A stretch of DNA of 64,000 bases from Bradymonadia bacterium (GTDB lineage: Bacteria > Myxococcota_A > Bradymonadia > UBA7976 > UBA1532): assembly GCA_046290225.1 (NCBI GenBank), contig JBKAGE010000071.1, positions 64,001 through 128,000 on the forward strand, written 5' to 3'. Positions 40,191-52,757 of this stretch are shown here, piece after piece. Numbering within the stretch: the first letter of the stretch is position 1; each line of letters opens with the position of its first letter. A program made the position numbers and the translations under genes. The notes beneath the pieces were generated by a model. It searched no databases and was not told the origin of the DNA. It saw only the letters and a program-made list of their open reading frames with translations.

Positions 40191-41501
40191 GTGGTGCTGC
40201 CCTCAGTCTTCATCCGGGCCTTCCGGCAGGCGGTCCCTTACATCAACGCTCACCGGGGCCGGACCTTCGTGGTGTACTTCGAAGGTGAGGCCGTTGACGC
40301 CCCAGGTTTTCGGGAGCTGATCCACGACGTCGCGCTGTTGGAGAGCCTCGGCGTACATCTGGTGATGGTGCACGGCGCCCGGCCGCAGATCGAGGCAGAG
40401 CTCGAGCGCATCGACCATCAAATGCCTCTGGTTCAGGGCACCCGGGTCACCGACGCTGAAGCGCTGGTGGCGGTGAAGGAGGCCGTTGGTGCCACCCGAG
40501 TGCGCATCGAAGCCATGATCTCCCAGGGCCTGCCGGGCTCACCCATGCACGGCGCCCGCTTGAGGGTGGCCTCGGGGAACGTGGTGGTGGCTCGCCCATT
40601 GGGCGTGAGAGACGGCGTCGACTACCAGTTCACCGGCGAGGTCCGCCGCATTGACGCCGAGGGCATCAGGGGCTGGCTCAGTCTGGGCAATCTGGTGCTG
40701 CTCAGCCCGTTGGGCTACAGCGCCACAGGTGAAGTGTTCAACGTCAGGGCGGCCGACGTGGCTCTGGCGGTGGCCTCGGCGCTCAAGGCCGACAAGCTGA
40801 TCGTGCTCACCGAAGATGATCGCCTGATGCAAATCGACGACGCCCCCCTCAGACAGCTCGATCTGGAGCAGGCCGAGCGGTGGTCCACTGATCCGCGCCT
40901 GAGCCCGAGCGAGCAACGCACGCTGCGTCGCGCTGTGACTGCGTGTGAGGCTGGCGTCAGGCGGATCCACCTTGTCCCCCGCACCCTGGACGGTGGCCTC
41001 ATGGTGGAGCTGTTCACCCGAGATGGGGTGGGCACGCTCATCTCTGCTGATCATTACGAGACCGCCCGCCGGGCGACGATTCGAGACGTGGCGGGCCTGC
41101 TGGCGTTGCTGCGACCCCTCGAAGAAGACGGCACGCTGGTGCGGCGATCGAGAGAGCTGCTGGAGCGGGAGATCGAGCGCTTCCAGGTGCTCGATCGAGA
41201 TGGCGCCATCGTCGGCTGCGCGGCGCTGTATCCCTTCACCGACGAAGGCCTCGGGGAGCTGGCCTGCCTCGCCGTCGACCCTGAATATCGCGGTGGGGGT
41301 CGGGCGGGGCTGTTGCTGTCCACCATCGAAGCCCACGCCCGAGCCCTCGGTCTGGCGCGCCTGTGCGTGCTCACGACCAGAACCGCCCACTGGTTCCTGG
41401 AGCAGGGTTTCGAGCTGGCAGAGATCGCCGATCTGCCCACGCAGAAGAAGCGCATGTACAACCTGCAGCGCAATTCGAAGGTCCTGATGAAGACGCTGTG
41501 A
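40191..41501 (+). CDS. argA: Amino-acid N-acetyltransferase (N-acetylglutamate synthase)
   Basis: FRQAVPYINAHRGRTFVV, VHGARPQI, LGYSATGEVFN, ELFTRDGVGT and C-terminal GNAT ...TTRTAHWFLEQGF...YNLQRNSKV. Confidence 0.96.
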   Translation: MVLPSVFIRAFRQAVPYINAHRGRTFVVYFEGEAVDAPGFRELIHDVALLESLGVHLVMVHGARPQIEAELERIDHQMPLVQGTRVTDAEALVAVKEAVGATRVRIEAMISQGLPGSPMHGARLRVASGNVVVARPLGVRDGVDYQFTGEVRRIDAEGIRGWLSLGNLVLLSPLGYSATGEVFNVRAADVALAVASALKADKLIVLTEDDRLMQIDDAPLRQLDLEQAERWSTDPRLSPSEQRTLRRAVTACEAGVRRIHLVPRTLDGGLMVELFTRDGVGTLISADHYETARRATIRDVAGLLALLRPLEEDGTLVRRSRELLEREIERFQVLDRDGAIVGCAALYPFTDEGLGELACLAVDPEYRGGGRAGLLLSTIEAHARALGLARLCVLTTRTAHWFLEQGFELAEIADLPTQKKRMYNLQRNSKVLMKTL

Positions 41502-41511
41502 GCGTAGTCTC

Positions 41512-41952
41512 TCAGTCCTCTTCTTTGAGCACCCACCCGCCGCCCCGAGCGCGCGTACGATGGCAGGGGCGGTATTCGCTGCGGGCGTCGGGCAGCAACA
41601 ACAGACACGGATCGAACCAGTGCACAGTGGTGAGCTCGGCGAGGATCGCCGGCAGCTCCCCTTCGAACTCGGGGTTGTCGGGGCAACGGTGGTGCCAGAG
41701 GGCCCAGCGTTCAGGGCACGTGTCCATCACCAGGATCTCTTTGACGCCGCCGTTGCAGTTGGTGGCCACCACCAGCACGTCACCAGGTAAATCACCGCGC
41801 TCTGCAGGTCGTAGGACCAGATCGTGGTGAAACTCCCCCTGGGTCCAGTGGTCGACGAGGTCGTAGCCTCCGAGATCCGAGGTCAGGACCTCGAGCAGGT
41901 GCCCCAGGCCCAGACACGTGCCCAAGCGGGTCAGAACATCCGTCTCTGTCAT
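41512..41952 (-). CDS. Conserved hypothetical protein
   Basis: AGGAG RBS; motif-rich sequence HWTQGEFHHD, VATNCNGGVKE, HWFDPC. Confidence 0.75.
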   Translation of the reverse strand: MTETDVLTRLGTCLGLGHLLEVLTSDLGGYDLVDHWTQGEFHHDLVLRPAERGDLPGDVLVVATNCNGGVKEILVMDTCPERWALWHHRCPDNPEFEGELPAILAELTTVHWFDPCLLLLPDARSEYRPCHRTRARGGGWVLKEED

Positions 41953-41996
41953 GGCGAACTCCTATGATGGGGTACACACCCGTTATAGTGAGCGCC

Positions 41997-42359
41997 ATGA
42001 AGCTGCGCCCTGTGTTCATCCTGCCCGCCATCCTGACCTTCGCCCTCGGCGTGGGGGTGGTCTTCTATCGAGGCCCGGGCTGGCACGCGATCCGCACGCT
42101 CGGCGGCGACGTGCTCGCCTCTGCCGAGGTGTACTTCTTCGCCAGCATCTTCTGGTCAGCGCCCTGGCGCCGCCGCTTTGTCGGGTGCGCGCTGATTTGC
42201 CTCACGGTGGAGCTGATTCAGCTCGGGCAATGGGTGGGCCCTGAGAGTCCGCAGTGGATGCACCTGCTCCTCGGCAGCACCTTCGACCCCTTCGATCTGC
42301 TGGCCTATTTGATTGGCTTGGTGATCGCGGTGGGGATCGAGAAACGATTCATTCGGTAA
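41997..42359 (+). CDS. DUF2809-like membrane protein
   Basis: GGDVL, VELIQL, LLLGSTFDPFDLLAY. Confidence 0.8.
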   Translation: MKLRPVFILPAILTFALGVGVVFYRGPGWHAIRTLGGDVLASAEVYFFASIFWSAPWRRRFVGCALICLTVELIQLGQWVGPESPQWMHLLLGSTFDPFDLLAYLIGLVIAVGIEKRFIR

Positions 42360-42491
42360 GGGATACCGCCTCACACGGTCAGCGCACACAGCACCACGGG
42401 CCGCGCAAAAGCCCCGCACAGTGGTTGCGACTTTCCGAATATGTACCTAGTTTTCTCGGCCGCAATTGAAAATCGTTGAACGAGGGCCGAA

Positions 42492-43790
42492 ATGAAGAGC
42501 GGTAACCCTTTCAAGATGATGTTGCTGATCTGCCTCGGGATGGCGGGCTGCGACGATGGTGACAGCGGAGGGGCCGAGTCATCGGCACCTGATGCACAGA
42601 TCAGCGACATGGCTATGGATGGAGGCGGAGGTGGGGAGACCGACGCCGAGATCATGAACACGCCAGACGCTGAGGTCGATGCCGGGCCCATGCTGGATCA
42701 GCCCTACACGGCGATCCTCGATCTACCCGAAGTGCCTTTCAACTACGCCAACCCGGAGATCCCTGATCACTTCAGGGTAGAGACGCTGCGTTTCGCGGGT
42801 CAGACCACCGTGGTCTTTGAAGACAACACCCCCGAGGACAACCCCACCACCGATCACGGGGCCACCCTCGGCCGGGTGCTGTTCTACGACAAGCACCTCA
42901 GCTTCAACGGCACGGTCTCGTGTGCTTCCTGCCACAAGGCCGAGCTCGGCTTCTCGGACGACAGGGTCTTGAGTGAAGGGTTCGAGGGAGGCGATACCGG
43001 ACGTCACTCGATGGGGCTGGCCAACGCCCGGTTCTACCGCGACGGCATGTTCTTCTGGGATCAGCGCGCCGCCACTCTGGAAGAGCAGGTGCTGGAGCCT
43101 TTCCAGGATCCGGTGGAGATGGGGATGACCCTCGAGGGGCTCTTGGAGCGCGTGCGTCTGGGTGATTACTACCCGCCGCTCTTCGAATCGGCCTTCGGCG
43201 ATGACGAGATCACCGCGGAGCGCATCTCGAAGGCCCTGGCGCAGTTCATCCGCAGCATGGTGAGTGCCACCAGCCCGTATGACGACGGCCGGGCGCAGGT
43301 GGCGAGCCGCGGCGATGATTTCCCCAACTTCACCTTCGAGGAGAACCGCGGGAAGTTCCTCTTCGTGAACCCGCCCCCCCTGGGCGGTCTGGGCTGCTTC
43401 TTCTGCCATCAGGGGGAGGCCTTCATCGCCTTCGAAGCAACCAACAACGGCCTCGACGCCACCAACAAGATCGACAAGGGGTATGGCGAGGTCACGGGGG
43501 AAGAGACCGACATGGGCAAGTTCAAGGTGCCCTCGCTGCGCAACGTCGGGTTGCGGGCGCCCTACATGCACGACGGCCGCTTCGCCACGCTGGAAGAGGT
43601 GATCGACCACTACAGCGATGGTCTGCAGCCCAACCCCAACCTGGGGCCGCCCTTCGGCGTGCGGAACGGGCGGGCGACGCGCCTCAACTTGTCCAACGAC
43701 GAGAAGTCGGCCCTCGTGGCGTTCCTGCACACCCTCACCGACCTGGACATGGTGAACGATCCGAAGTTCAGTGACCCCTTCATAGAGTAG
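42492..43790 (+). CDS. Di-heme cytochrome c peroxidase (bCcP/MauG superfamily), lipoprotein
   Basis: Lipobox MAGC; LGRVLFYDKHLS, CASCH, FFWDQRA, CFFCH, FKVPSLRNV, PYMHDGRF. Confidence 0.93.
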   Translation: MKSGNPFKMMLLICLGMAGCDDGDSGGAESSAPDAQISDMAMDGGGGGETDAEIMNTPDAEVDAGPMLDQPYTAILDLPEVPFNYANPEIPDHFRVETLRFAGQTTVVFEDNTPEDNPTTDHGATLGRVLFYDKHLSFNGTVSCASCHKAELGFSDDRVLSEGFEGGDTGRHSMGLANARFYRDGMFFWDQRAATLEEQVLEPFQDPVEMGMTLEGLLERVRLGDYYPPLFESAFGDDEITAERISKALAQFIRSMVSATSPYDDGRAQVASRGDDFPNFTFEENRGKFLFVNPPPLGGLGCFFCHQGEAFIAFEATNNGLDATNKIDKGYGEVTGEETDMGKFKVPSLRNVGLRAPYMHDGRFATLEEVIDHYSDGLQPNPNLGPPFGVRNGRATRLNLSNDEKSALVAFLHTLTDLDMVNDPKFSDPFIE

Positions 43791-43804
43791 AGCCACAGGC
43801 CCGG

Positions 43805-44345
43805 ATTGGCTGAGCTGTGACGAGTGTCTGTGTTGGGCCCTTGTAGGCAGTCGTCGCTGCGCTTCGCCTGCGTAGGCGCCAGGCCTTCGGCACATCTTCG
43901 ATGCGCCTCGTCGGTCGCGTACACGTCGGCATACTCGCTGGCGCGAGCAGGCCTCCGGGTAGGCAGGGTCGCTCAATGCTGACGCATTGATTGCTCGCTC
44001 CCCTGCGTAAAGAGCTTCTTCTGTATCTTGTTGCTGAACCTCGTCGGGATTCGACCTACCGCGAACCTGCAATCCTCTGAGTCTCAGCGCTCGGCGTAAG
44101 CCCCAATAGCGCCGGAATCAGTGCAAAGTCACACCAGAACTGGCTTTTTACGCAGGGGAGCGAGCAAGAAGGGCGAAGCCCTGAGCGACCCTGCCTACCC
44201 GGAGGCCTGCTCGCCTCAGCGAGTGCGCCGAGGTGTACGCAGCTCCAAGGCGGGCCGAAGGCCGGCCGACAAAGCTGCCTACGCAGGCGGAGCGAAGCGA
44301 CGACTGCCTACAAAGGCCCAGCCACAACACCCATCACTGCCCAAT
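43805..44345. repeat. Long imperfect inverted repeat (~210-bp arms, ~110-bp loop) with internal mini-hairpins
   Basis: Perfectly complementary blocks 43943-43975/44182-44214 (33 bp) and 43991-44011/44147-44167 (21 bp), with further imperfect pairing out to 43805/44345. Confidence 0.9.
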
Positions 44346-44441
44346 ACACCTGTTGAACAACTCGGCACAGAGCAGCCGAGGGCGGTTTCCTCTGCGAGTT
44401 CGACCGGGTAGGATGCCCCCGCCACGCGACCGGGAGCCCCT

Positions 44442-46348
44442 ATGGCCGATCTCGACCTGACCACCCCCGAACCTCCACTCACATTCGAAGACTGGCGTGC
44501 CAGAGTAGAGCGTGATCTCAAGGGCGCCGACTTCGAGAAGCGGTTGGTGACCCCCACGCTGGAGGGCATCGACGTTCAGCCGCTCTACCACCGTGAAGGG
44601 CCTGCTCTGGCCACAGGTGCACGGCGAGATGGCAGAGCGCCGGGCTGGATCATCGCCAGCCGCATCGACGCGCCGGATCCCCAGGTGGCCGCCGAGGCCA
44701 TCACCACAGATCTGGCCTTCGGGGTCGAGCAGCTGCGCTTCGTCACAGACGTCTCCGTACGCCTGGGCGGCATGCCCGAAGGTGATGGGGTGGTCCTCGA
44801 CTCTGCTGGGGCGCTGCTCACGGCGCTGAGTGAGGTTGATCTGAAGCGCGTGCACCTCGCCTTCGAGGTGGGCGCACGGGGTCCGGTCATGGCCCAAATG
44901 CTCGATCTCGTCGCCCGTGATCGCGGCGTGTCTCTGAGCGCACTCAACGGCGAGATCGGCGCCGATCCGTTGGGGGCCCTCGCCGCCGATGGCGCGCTCC
45001 CTGTCTCCATCGAGGCTGCCTTCGACGATCTGCGGGCCCTGGCCCGGTGGGCCCACGAACGGGCCCCGGGGTTGCGGGCCGCCCGAGTCTCCGTGGCACC
45101 TCATCAAGAGTGCGGCGCCCACTGGGGGCAGGCGGTCTCCTGGGCCCTCGCCACGGGCCTGACGTACCTGCGGGCGCTCACCGAAGGCGAGGGCGCCCTC
45201 ACCGTGGCCGAGGCCGCGTCGCAGATGTGCTTCGAGGTGGCCGTGGGCCGTGACACCTTCATGGCCATCGCCGGCATCCGGGCGCTGCGTCACACCTGGG
45301 GTCGTGTGCTCGAGGCCTGTGGTGCACCCGAAGCCAGCGTGCACACCCGCATTCACAGCCGCACCGCCCGCCACGGCCTCAGCCGTCGCGACGCCCGAGT
45401 GAACATGCTCCGCACCACGGCGGCGGCTTTCGCCAGCGTGCTCGGCGGCGCGGACTCGGTCTCGGTGACGCCGTTCGATCGACCCCTCGGGGTGCCCACC
45501 GCCGACGCTCGACGCCACGCGCTGCACATCCAGACCCTGCTGCGCGAAGAGGCCCACCTCGGCAAGGTGGCTGATCCCGCAGGGGGCAGCGCCTACATCG
45601 AGGCCCTCACCGAGGCCTTGTGCGAGAAAGCCTGGGCCGGCCTGCAGCAGATCGAGCGGGAGCGGGGCATGGTCCGCCGCGTCATCTCCGGCCGGGTGGC
45701 CGCCGCTGTGGCCGAGACCGCAGTTGAGCGCCGTCGCCGCATCGCCCGAGCCAAAGATCCGCTCGTGGGGGTGAGCGCCTTCCCGTGGCTCGACGAGCCC
45801 GTAGCGGCGAACCGCCCTGCGCGACGCCCAGATGTGGGCGAAGAGAGCCTCACCGGCGAGGCCCCTGAGCCCGAAGCCGTGGTGGCCCCGGCCATGGCCC
45901 CCTTCAGCGAGGCCCACGAGTTCGAGTACTTGCGGGACATGAGCGACGCCGTGCTCGCCAACACCGGGGCGCGCCCCTCGGTGTTCCTTGCCAACATCGG
46001 CCCGCTGGCCCACTACAAACCCCGGGCCGACTTCAGCGCTCAGCTGCTCGCCGCGGGGGGCATCGCCGCCCTCGATCAGGGCGGCTACGACACCGCAGAG
46101 GCCGCAGCGGAGGCCTTCACCGCCTCTGGTGCGGCTGCGGCGGTGCTGTGCGGACGAGACGGCGATTATGTCGAGGTGGCCGAGGGCTTCGCCCAGGCCC
46201 TCAAGGCCGCAGGGGCACAGACGGTGATGCTCGCCGGGCGTCCAGGGGAGCACGAGGCGGCGTGGCGCACGGCTGGCGTCGACACCTTCATCTATCGGGG
46301 GGTGAACATCCTCGCCGTGCTCCACGGGCTCATGGAGGAGGTTGGCAA

Positions 46349-46352
<4 letters not shown>
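44442..46352 (+). CDS. mutA: Methylmalonyl-CoA mutase small (beta) subunit
   Basis: [54 protein letters not shown]. Lacks the DxHxxG B12 motif and is coupled to the large subunit. Confidence 0.9.
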
Positions 46353-48496
<2,144 letters not shown>

Positions 48497-48506
48497 GCGC
48501 CCCATC

Positions 48507-49499
48507 GTGAAGCCCGCCCCCACAGTCGAAGACTACATCGCAGGTGTACGCGCTGGTGATCGGGCCACCCTCGCCCGGGCCATCACCCTCATCGAGTCCG
48601 ATCTGCCCGCCCACGCCGAGAAAGCGCAGGCCGTGCTTCAAGGCCTGACCCCACACGCCGGCGGCGCACTGCGCGTGGGCATGAGCGGTGTGCCCGGGGT
48701 GGGGAAGAGCACCCTCATCGAGTCGCTGGGCACTCAACTCACCGAGCAGGGCCACCGCGTCGCCGTGCTCGCCGTGGATCCATCGAGCGCCCTCACCGGC
48801 GGCAGCATCCTCGGCGACAAGACCCGCATGGGGCAGCTCTCAGTGAACCCTGACGCCTACATCCGCCCGTCGCCCGCGGGACGCACCCTCGGCGGCGTGG
48901 CCCGCAAGACCCTCGAGACGATGACCGTGTGCGAGGCCGCGGGCTTCGACGTGATCATCGTGGAGACTGTGGGGGTGGGGCAGTCCGAGGCCCTGGCCTC
49001 GGAGATGGTGGACACCTTCGTGGTGCTGATGCTCGCCGGGGCAGGCGATGAACTGCAGGGCATCAAGCGGGGGATCCTCGAGCTCGCCGACGTGCTGGCC
49101 ATCAACAAGGCCGATGGCGATAACCTGCCCCGCGCCCGCGCCGCTCAGGGCGCATATCGCTCGGCGTTACGCTATCTGCACCCACCGGGGAGCCTCTGGG
49201 CGCCGCCAGTGCTCACCGTGAGTGGTCAGACCGGCGACGGTCTGGAGCGGCTATGGTCCACGGTGGTGGAGCATCGCGAGCACCTGGAGTCGTCGGGCGC
49301 CCTCGCCGAGAAACGCAGCGCGCAGCAGCTGGGCTGGATGTGGCGTTTGGTGGAGGGGGCGCTCAAAGACGCATTGCATCGCCACCCGGCTGTTTCGGCA
49401 GCGCTGCCCACGCTGAAGCAGCAGGTTCTTCGGGGCGAGGTGGCCCCCGCAGTGGCGGCGAAGCGAGTGCTTGGGGTCTTTGGCGTGAGTGATGCATGA
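48507..49499 (+). CDS. meaB: Methylmalonyl-CoA mutase-associated GTPase
   Basis: GVPGVGKST, AVDPSS, GGSILGDKTRM, ETVGVGQSE, GDELQGIKRG, NKAD. Confidence 0.96.
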   Translation: MKPAPTVEDYIAGVRAGDRATLARAITLIESDLPAHAEKAQAVLQGLTPHAGGALRVGMSGVPGVGKSTLIESLGTQLTEQGHRVAVLAVDPSSALTGGSILGDKTRMGQLSVNPDAYIRPSPAGRTLGGVARKTLETMTVCEAAGFDVIIVETVGVGQSEALASEMVDTFVVLMLAGAGDELQGIKRGILELADVLAINKADGDNLPRARAAQGAYRSALRYLHPPGSLWAPPVLTVSGQTGDGLERLWSTVVEHREHLESSGALAEKRSAQQLGWMWRLVEGALKDALHRHPAVSAALPTLKQQVLRGEVAPAVAAKRVLGVFGVSDA

Positions 49500-52306
49500 C
49501 AGAGACCACCAAGCTACTCTCGACGCTCACCGAGCAACTTCAGCAGTCACCCTCAACCGCCATCTTCGAGGGTGTATTGAGCACCCTGCGCCAGCTCGCG
49601 CTGTTCGACAGGCCCGCCTTCGATGCAGAGGCCTTGCCCCTTGTAGAGGCGCAACTGGAGCGGTTCCCGAGTCACATGCGGCTCGGTGATGATGAGCTCA
49701 TCGTCGATCTCGTCGGAGGCACTGTCCCGCTCAGCATTCTCCGTGTCGTCTCGGCCCTCGACATGGGCCTGATGCTGGCCAGCCCCACCGACAGGCGGCG
49801 GCTCAAAACGTGGCTTGTGGGCTATCCGGTAGATGGCCCCACCATCGAAGGTGTGCGCTGGCGCATGCCCGAAGGTTACGGGCCTATGGCTTTGGAGCAC
49901 TTCACGATGCGAGGCCCCATGCTCGCTTCGCCGCTCTTCAGGTCGCTCCGGGTCTTCGATGCCTCACAGACGGGGGCGTGCGTCAGTGTTTTCGAGCATC
50001 CGGAGCAGGTCTCCACCACAGGGGACGACCATTTTCTAGGGTTCAGGCTCGACGAGGTGGCGGCGATCTCCGAGCAGCTTGAGGTCATCAACCTCTTCGG
50101 CGAGGCGCAGGGGTTCAGCCTGCCCCAGGGCTGGGGTCAGGGGACGCATCCGCTCCGAAAGACGCTCCGAGCGGTCAATGTCGGTGGCGGGTTGCCCATC
50201 GACCATGGCGCAGCGCTGCGGCTGGTGCACGGCTCTACAGTCCAGGCGCTCTATGCCGAAGCTGGATCTGTAGCCGAGCAATGGGTGAGGGGAGAGGGTG
50301 AAGAGCCCTTCACACCCAGCGCGCCGTGGACGCCCGAGCAGGTGCGGAGTGTACGTGGCCACGTCGACACGCTCATCTATGGCCACACAGGCTCTGCCAC
50401 GATCTACACACCGCATGCACTCACAGACTGGTGCACGTGGTTCGGCACTGACACCCCGCCACCGAGCTGGCCTGAGGTGCCCCCTGTCGCGCAGAAGTCT
50501 GGCAAGGCTTCCAGTGGGTCCCGCTCTGAACCCGAGGCAGATCTGGCGCAGCTGCAGTCGCTTCTGAATCAACCACCAGCCTTAGATGCCCCTGAGTTCG
50601 ATCAGGACACGTGGAGGCTGCAGGTGTGTCGTTTGATCGAGGCCGCACACACCGCCGATCCTGATGTGTATGCCCACACATGGCGCCCGATCCTCGATGC
50701 CCAGGGTGAGCTCTGGGCGCGGTGGCCGCTCAAGTACATCCGGAGTGGGGCGCAGCTGACCACCTGGTCAGAGCGGATCCCCTTCGCTCAGATTGGAGCC
50801 ACGGTCTCCTCGGATGTCGAGACCATCGAGACGCTGGCTCAGGCCAACGGCCTCGAGCGTGTGGTGCATTTGAGCCTGAGAGGCCAGTGCCCTGAGCAAG
50901 GTCACATCGCTGAGCTGCTGAGTAAGCCACTGACTGCGCTGAAAATTCTGAACATCAACTTCAGGATCAATCACGCCGTCGCCGAGGCGCTGTGTCAGTC
51001 TCCACACCTGAAGGCGCTACAGGAACTCCACGTCGCAGGCCTCTCTTCCGCAGCGTTGCGCGTCCTCAGCGATGCGCCGCTTTCGAAACAGCTCACCGTG
51101 GTCAAGCACATTGATCTCGACGAAGGCGCGGCGCAGACGCTCGCCCGCTCGGGGGCGCTGCCCAATGTGGAGCAGCTGCGATGCTGGAATATGTCCTCTG
51201 GCGCCGCTGGGGCCCTCGCCGAGGCCCACCACATGACATCGTTGACCGCGCTGAGCATCAATATCCGGAATCAGCGCGCAGATGACATGGCCCGTCTACT
51301 CCAGGCACCACAGATGGCCTCTGTGAAGCATCTCGTGCTGGATGGTCAGAGCAATGCCTTCGAGCCACTGGCCCTCGCTGCCGAGCTGCCAGCCTTGCAG
51401 ACCCTGCACTGCGAGACTGTCTTCGAAGGTCTGCCCGAGGCGCCTCTCCTCGCAGGGGCGCCCAACCTGAAGCGCTTGACGCTCAGATGCTACAGCAGCG
51501 GTCACAACCCCAAACCCCTGGCGGCGTGCGAGGCGCTCCAGGGCATCACCGCGCTCGACCTCTCCAGCGTTTCGCTCAAAGCCCCTGGCGTGAAGGCGCT
51601 CCTCAAATCGCCGTACCTCGATGCTTTGGAGCAGCTGGTGCTGGAGCACGTGTACCCGACGAAGGGCAACACCCAGGCCTGGGCCACTCTCAAACGATGG
51701 CCTGTGCATCTCTCCTCTCTCGATCTGGGGCGGAACAACATCAACCACGAGGGGCTCGAGGGCTTCCTTGAGTGTGGGCTGTTGCCCCAGCTGCGGGCGC
51801 TCACGTTGAGCCAGAACCCCATCAACCCCGAAGGGATGAAGGCGATCTGTGCCCGAGAGGCCCTCTCGGGGCTGCACACATTGAAGATGAAGAGCACCGC
51901 CATCGGTGATGCGGGGGCAAAGGCCCTGGCCAGGTCTCACTTGCTGGGGCTTCGAACGCTCGACGTATCGAGCTGCGACATCACCGCGGTGGGCATGCGG
52001 GCGCTGGCGAAGTCCGAGGTGCTCGCGGGGGTCACCACGCTCGACCTCAGTGGCAACATGCTTGGTGACGCGGGCTTGCGAGCGTTGGCGAAGAGCCCTC
52101 ACCTTGAACACCTCGAGGTGCTCGATCTCGGGTATACGGGCATCGGTGACGCGGGGTTGAAGGCCTTGGCGAAGGGGCCCGCGCTGGGGCGGCTGAAGCG
52201 GCTCGTGCTCAGCGGCAACGGGCTCGACTATACCGGGCCTGGGGTGAAGGCGTTGAAGGCCTCTACAGTGCTTCCCGATGCATCACGATTGTTCTTCTTG
52301 AGGTAG
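49496..52306 (+). CDS. Large leucine-rich repeat protein (two cap+LRR modules)
   Basis: C-terminal ~28-aa repeats (VTTLDLSGNMLGDAGLRALA; LEVLDLGYTGIGDAGLKALA). ATG overlaps the meaB stop. Confidence 0.88.
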   Translation: MTETTKLLSTLTEQLQQSPSTAIFEGVLSTLRQLALFDRPAFDAEALPLVEAQLERFPSHMRLGDDELIVDLVGGTVPLSILRVVSALDMGLMLASPTDRRRLKTWLVGYPVDGPTIEGVRWRMPEGYGPMALEHFTMRGPMLASPLFRSLRVFDASQTGACVSVFEHPEQVSTTGDDHFLGFRLDEVAAISEQLEVINLFGEAQGFSLPQGWGQGTHPLRKTLRAVNVGGGLPIDHGAALRLVHGSTVQALYAEAGSVAEQWVRGEGEEPFTPSAPWTPEQVRSVRGHVDTLIYGHTGSATIYTPHALTDWCTWFGTDTPPPSWPEVPPVAQKSGKASSGSRSEPEADLAQLQSLLNQPPALDAPEFDQDTWRLQVCRLIEAAHTADPDVYAHTWRPILDAQGELWARWPLKYIRSGAQLTTWSERIPFAQIGATVSSDVETIETLAQANGLERVVHLSLRGQCPEQGHIAELLSKPLTALKILNINFRINHAVAEALCQSPHLKALQELHVAGLSSAALRVLSDAPLSKQLTVVKHIDLDEGAAQTLARSGALPNVEQLRCWNMSSGAAGALAEAHHMTSLTALSINIRNQRADDMARLLQAPQMASVKHLVLDGQSNAFEPLALAAELPALQTLHCETVFEGLPEAPLLAGAPNLKRLTLRCYSSGHNPKPLAACEALQGITALDLSSVSLKAPGVKALLKSPYLDALEQLVLEHVYPTKGNTQAWATLKRWPVHLSSLDLGRNNINHEGLEGFLECGLLPQLRALTLSQNPINPEGMKAICAREALSGLHTLKMKSTAIGDAGAKALARSHLLGLRTLDVSSCDITAVGMRALAKSEVLAGVTTLDLSGNMLGDAGLRALAKSPHLEHLEVLDLGYTGIGDAGLKALAKGPALGRLKRLVLSGNGLDYTGPGVKALKASTVLPDASRLFFLR

Positions 52307-52335
52307 TCATTCTGCTGGGGAACAGCGCGATGTGG

Positions 52336-52377
52336 TTGACTCTCCGAGCGTCGTTCGTAAGCATACCATGAGGTATG
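52336..52377 (+). promoter_or_regulatory. Putative sigma-70 promoter with palindromic TetR operator
   Basis: TTGACT (52336-52341), TAAGCAT near 52358 and a perfect dyad CATACC-ATGA-GGTATG (52362-52377) just upstream of a membrane protein-TetR operon. Confidence 0.55.
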
Positions 52378-52391
52378 GTACGGAGCGTCTC

Positions 52392-52757
52392 ATGAACACC
52401 TTCCTGCTCATCGCCGCCATATTTTCTGGCATCACGTGGGCACTGCACACCTTCCTCGGGGGCCGCGAGCTGGTGCCGCCGTTGCTTTCGGCAGAGGTTC
52501 ATCCGGTGCCCAAGTTCACCCACTACTACTGCTGGCATCTCGTCACGTTGACGCTGGCGATCATGGCTCTGGGCTATCTCTACGCAGCCTTCTTCCCTGG
52601 AGGCAGTGATGTGGCAATCATGCTCACCATCCTCTCGGCCACCTTCGCGCTCTGGAGCGTGTACCTGGTGCAATGGAAGCAGCAGCGGTGGTTTCAAATG
52701 CCTCAGTGGGTACTCTTTCTGAGCATCACTGGGGTGGCGATCCCGGGGCTGATATGA
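52392..52757 (+). CDS. Small four-helix membrane protein
   Basis: GGAG RBS; LHTFLGG, CWHLVT and MPQW motifs; hydrophobic helices. Confidence 0.8.
   Translation: MNTFLLIAAIFSGITWALHTFLGGRELVPPLLSAEVHPVPKFTHYYCWHLVTLTLAIMALGYLYAAFFPGGSDVAIMLTILSATFALWSVYLVQWKQQRWFQMPQWVLFLSITGVAIPGLI

Noticed and set aside
44346..44441. Cobalamin riboswitch upstream of the B12-dependent mutase operon
   Set aside because: No GGGAA...GGTG.AA..CC / GCCACTG / AG.CAG B12-box motifs were found.
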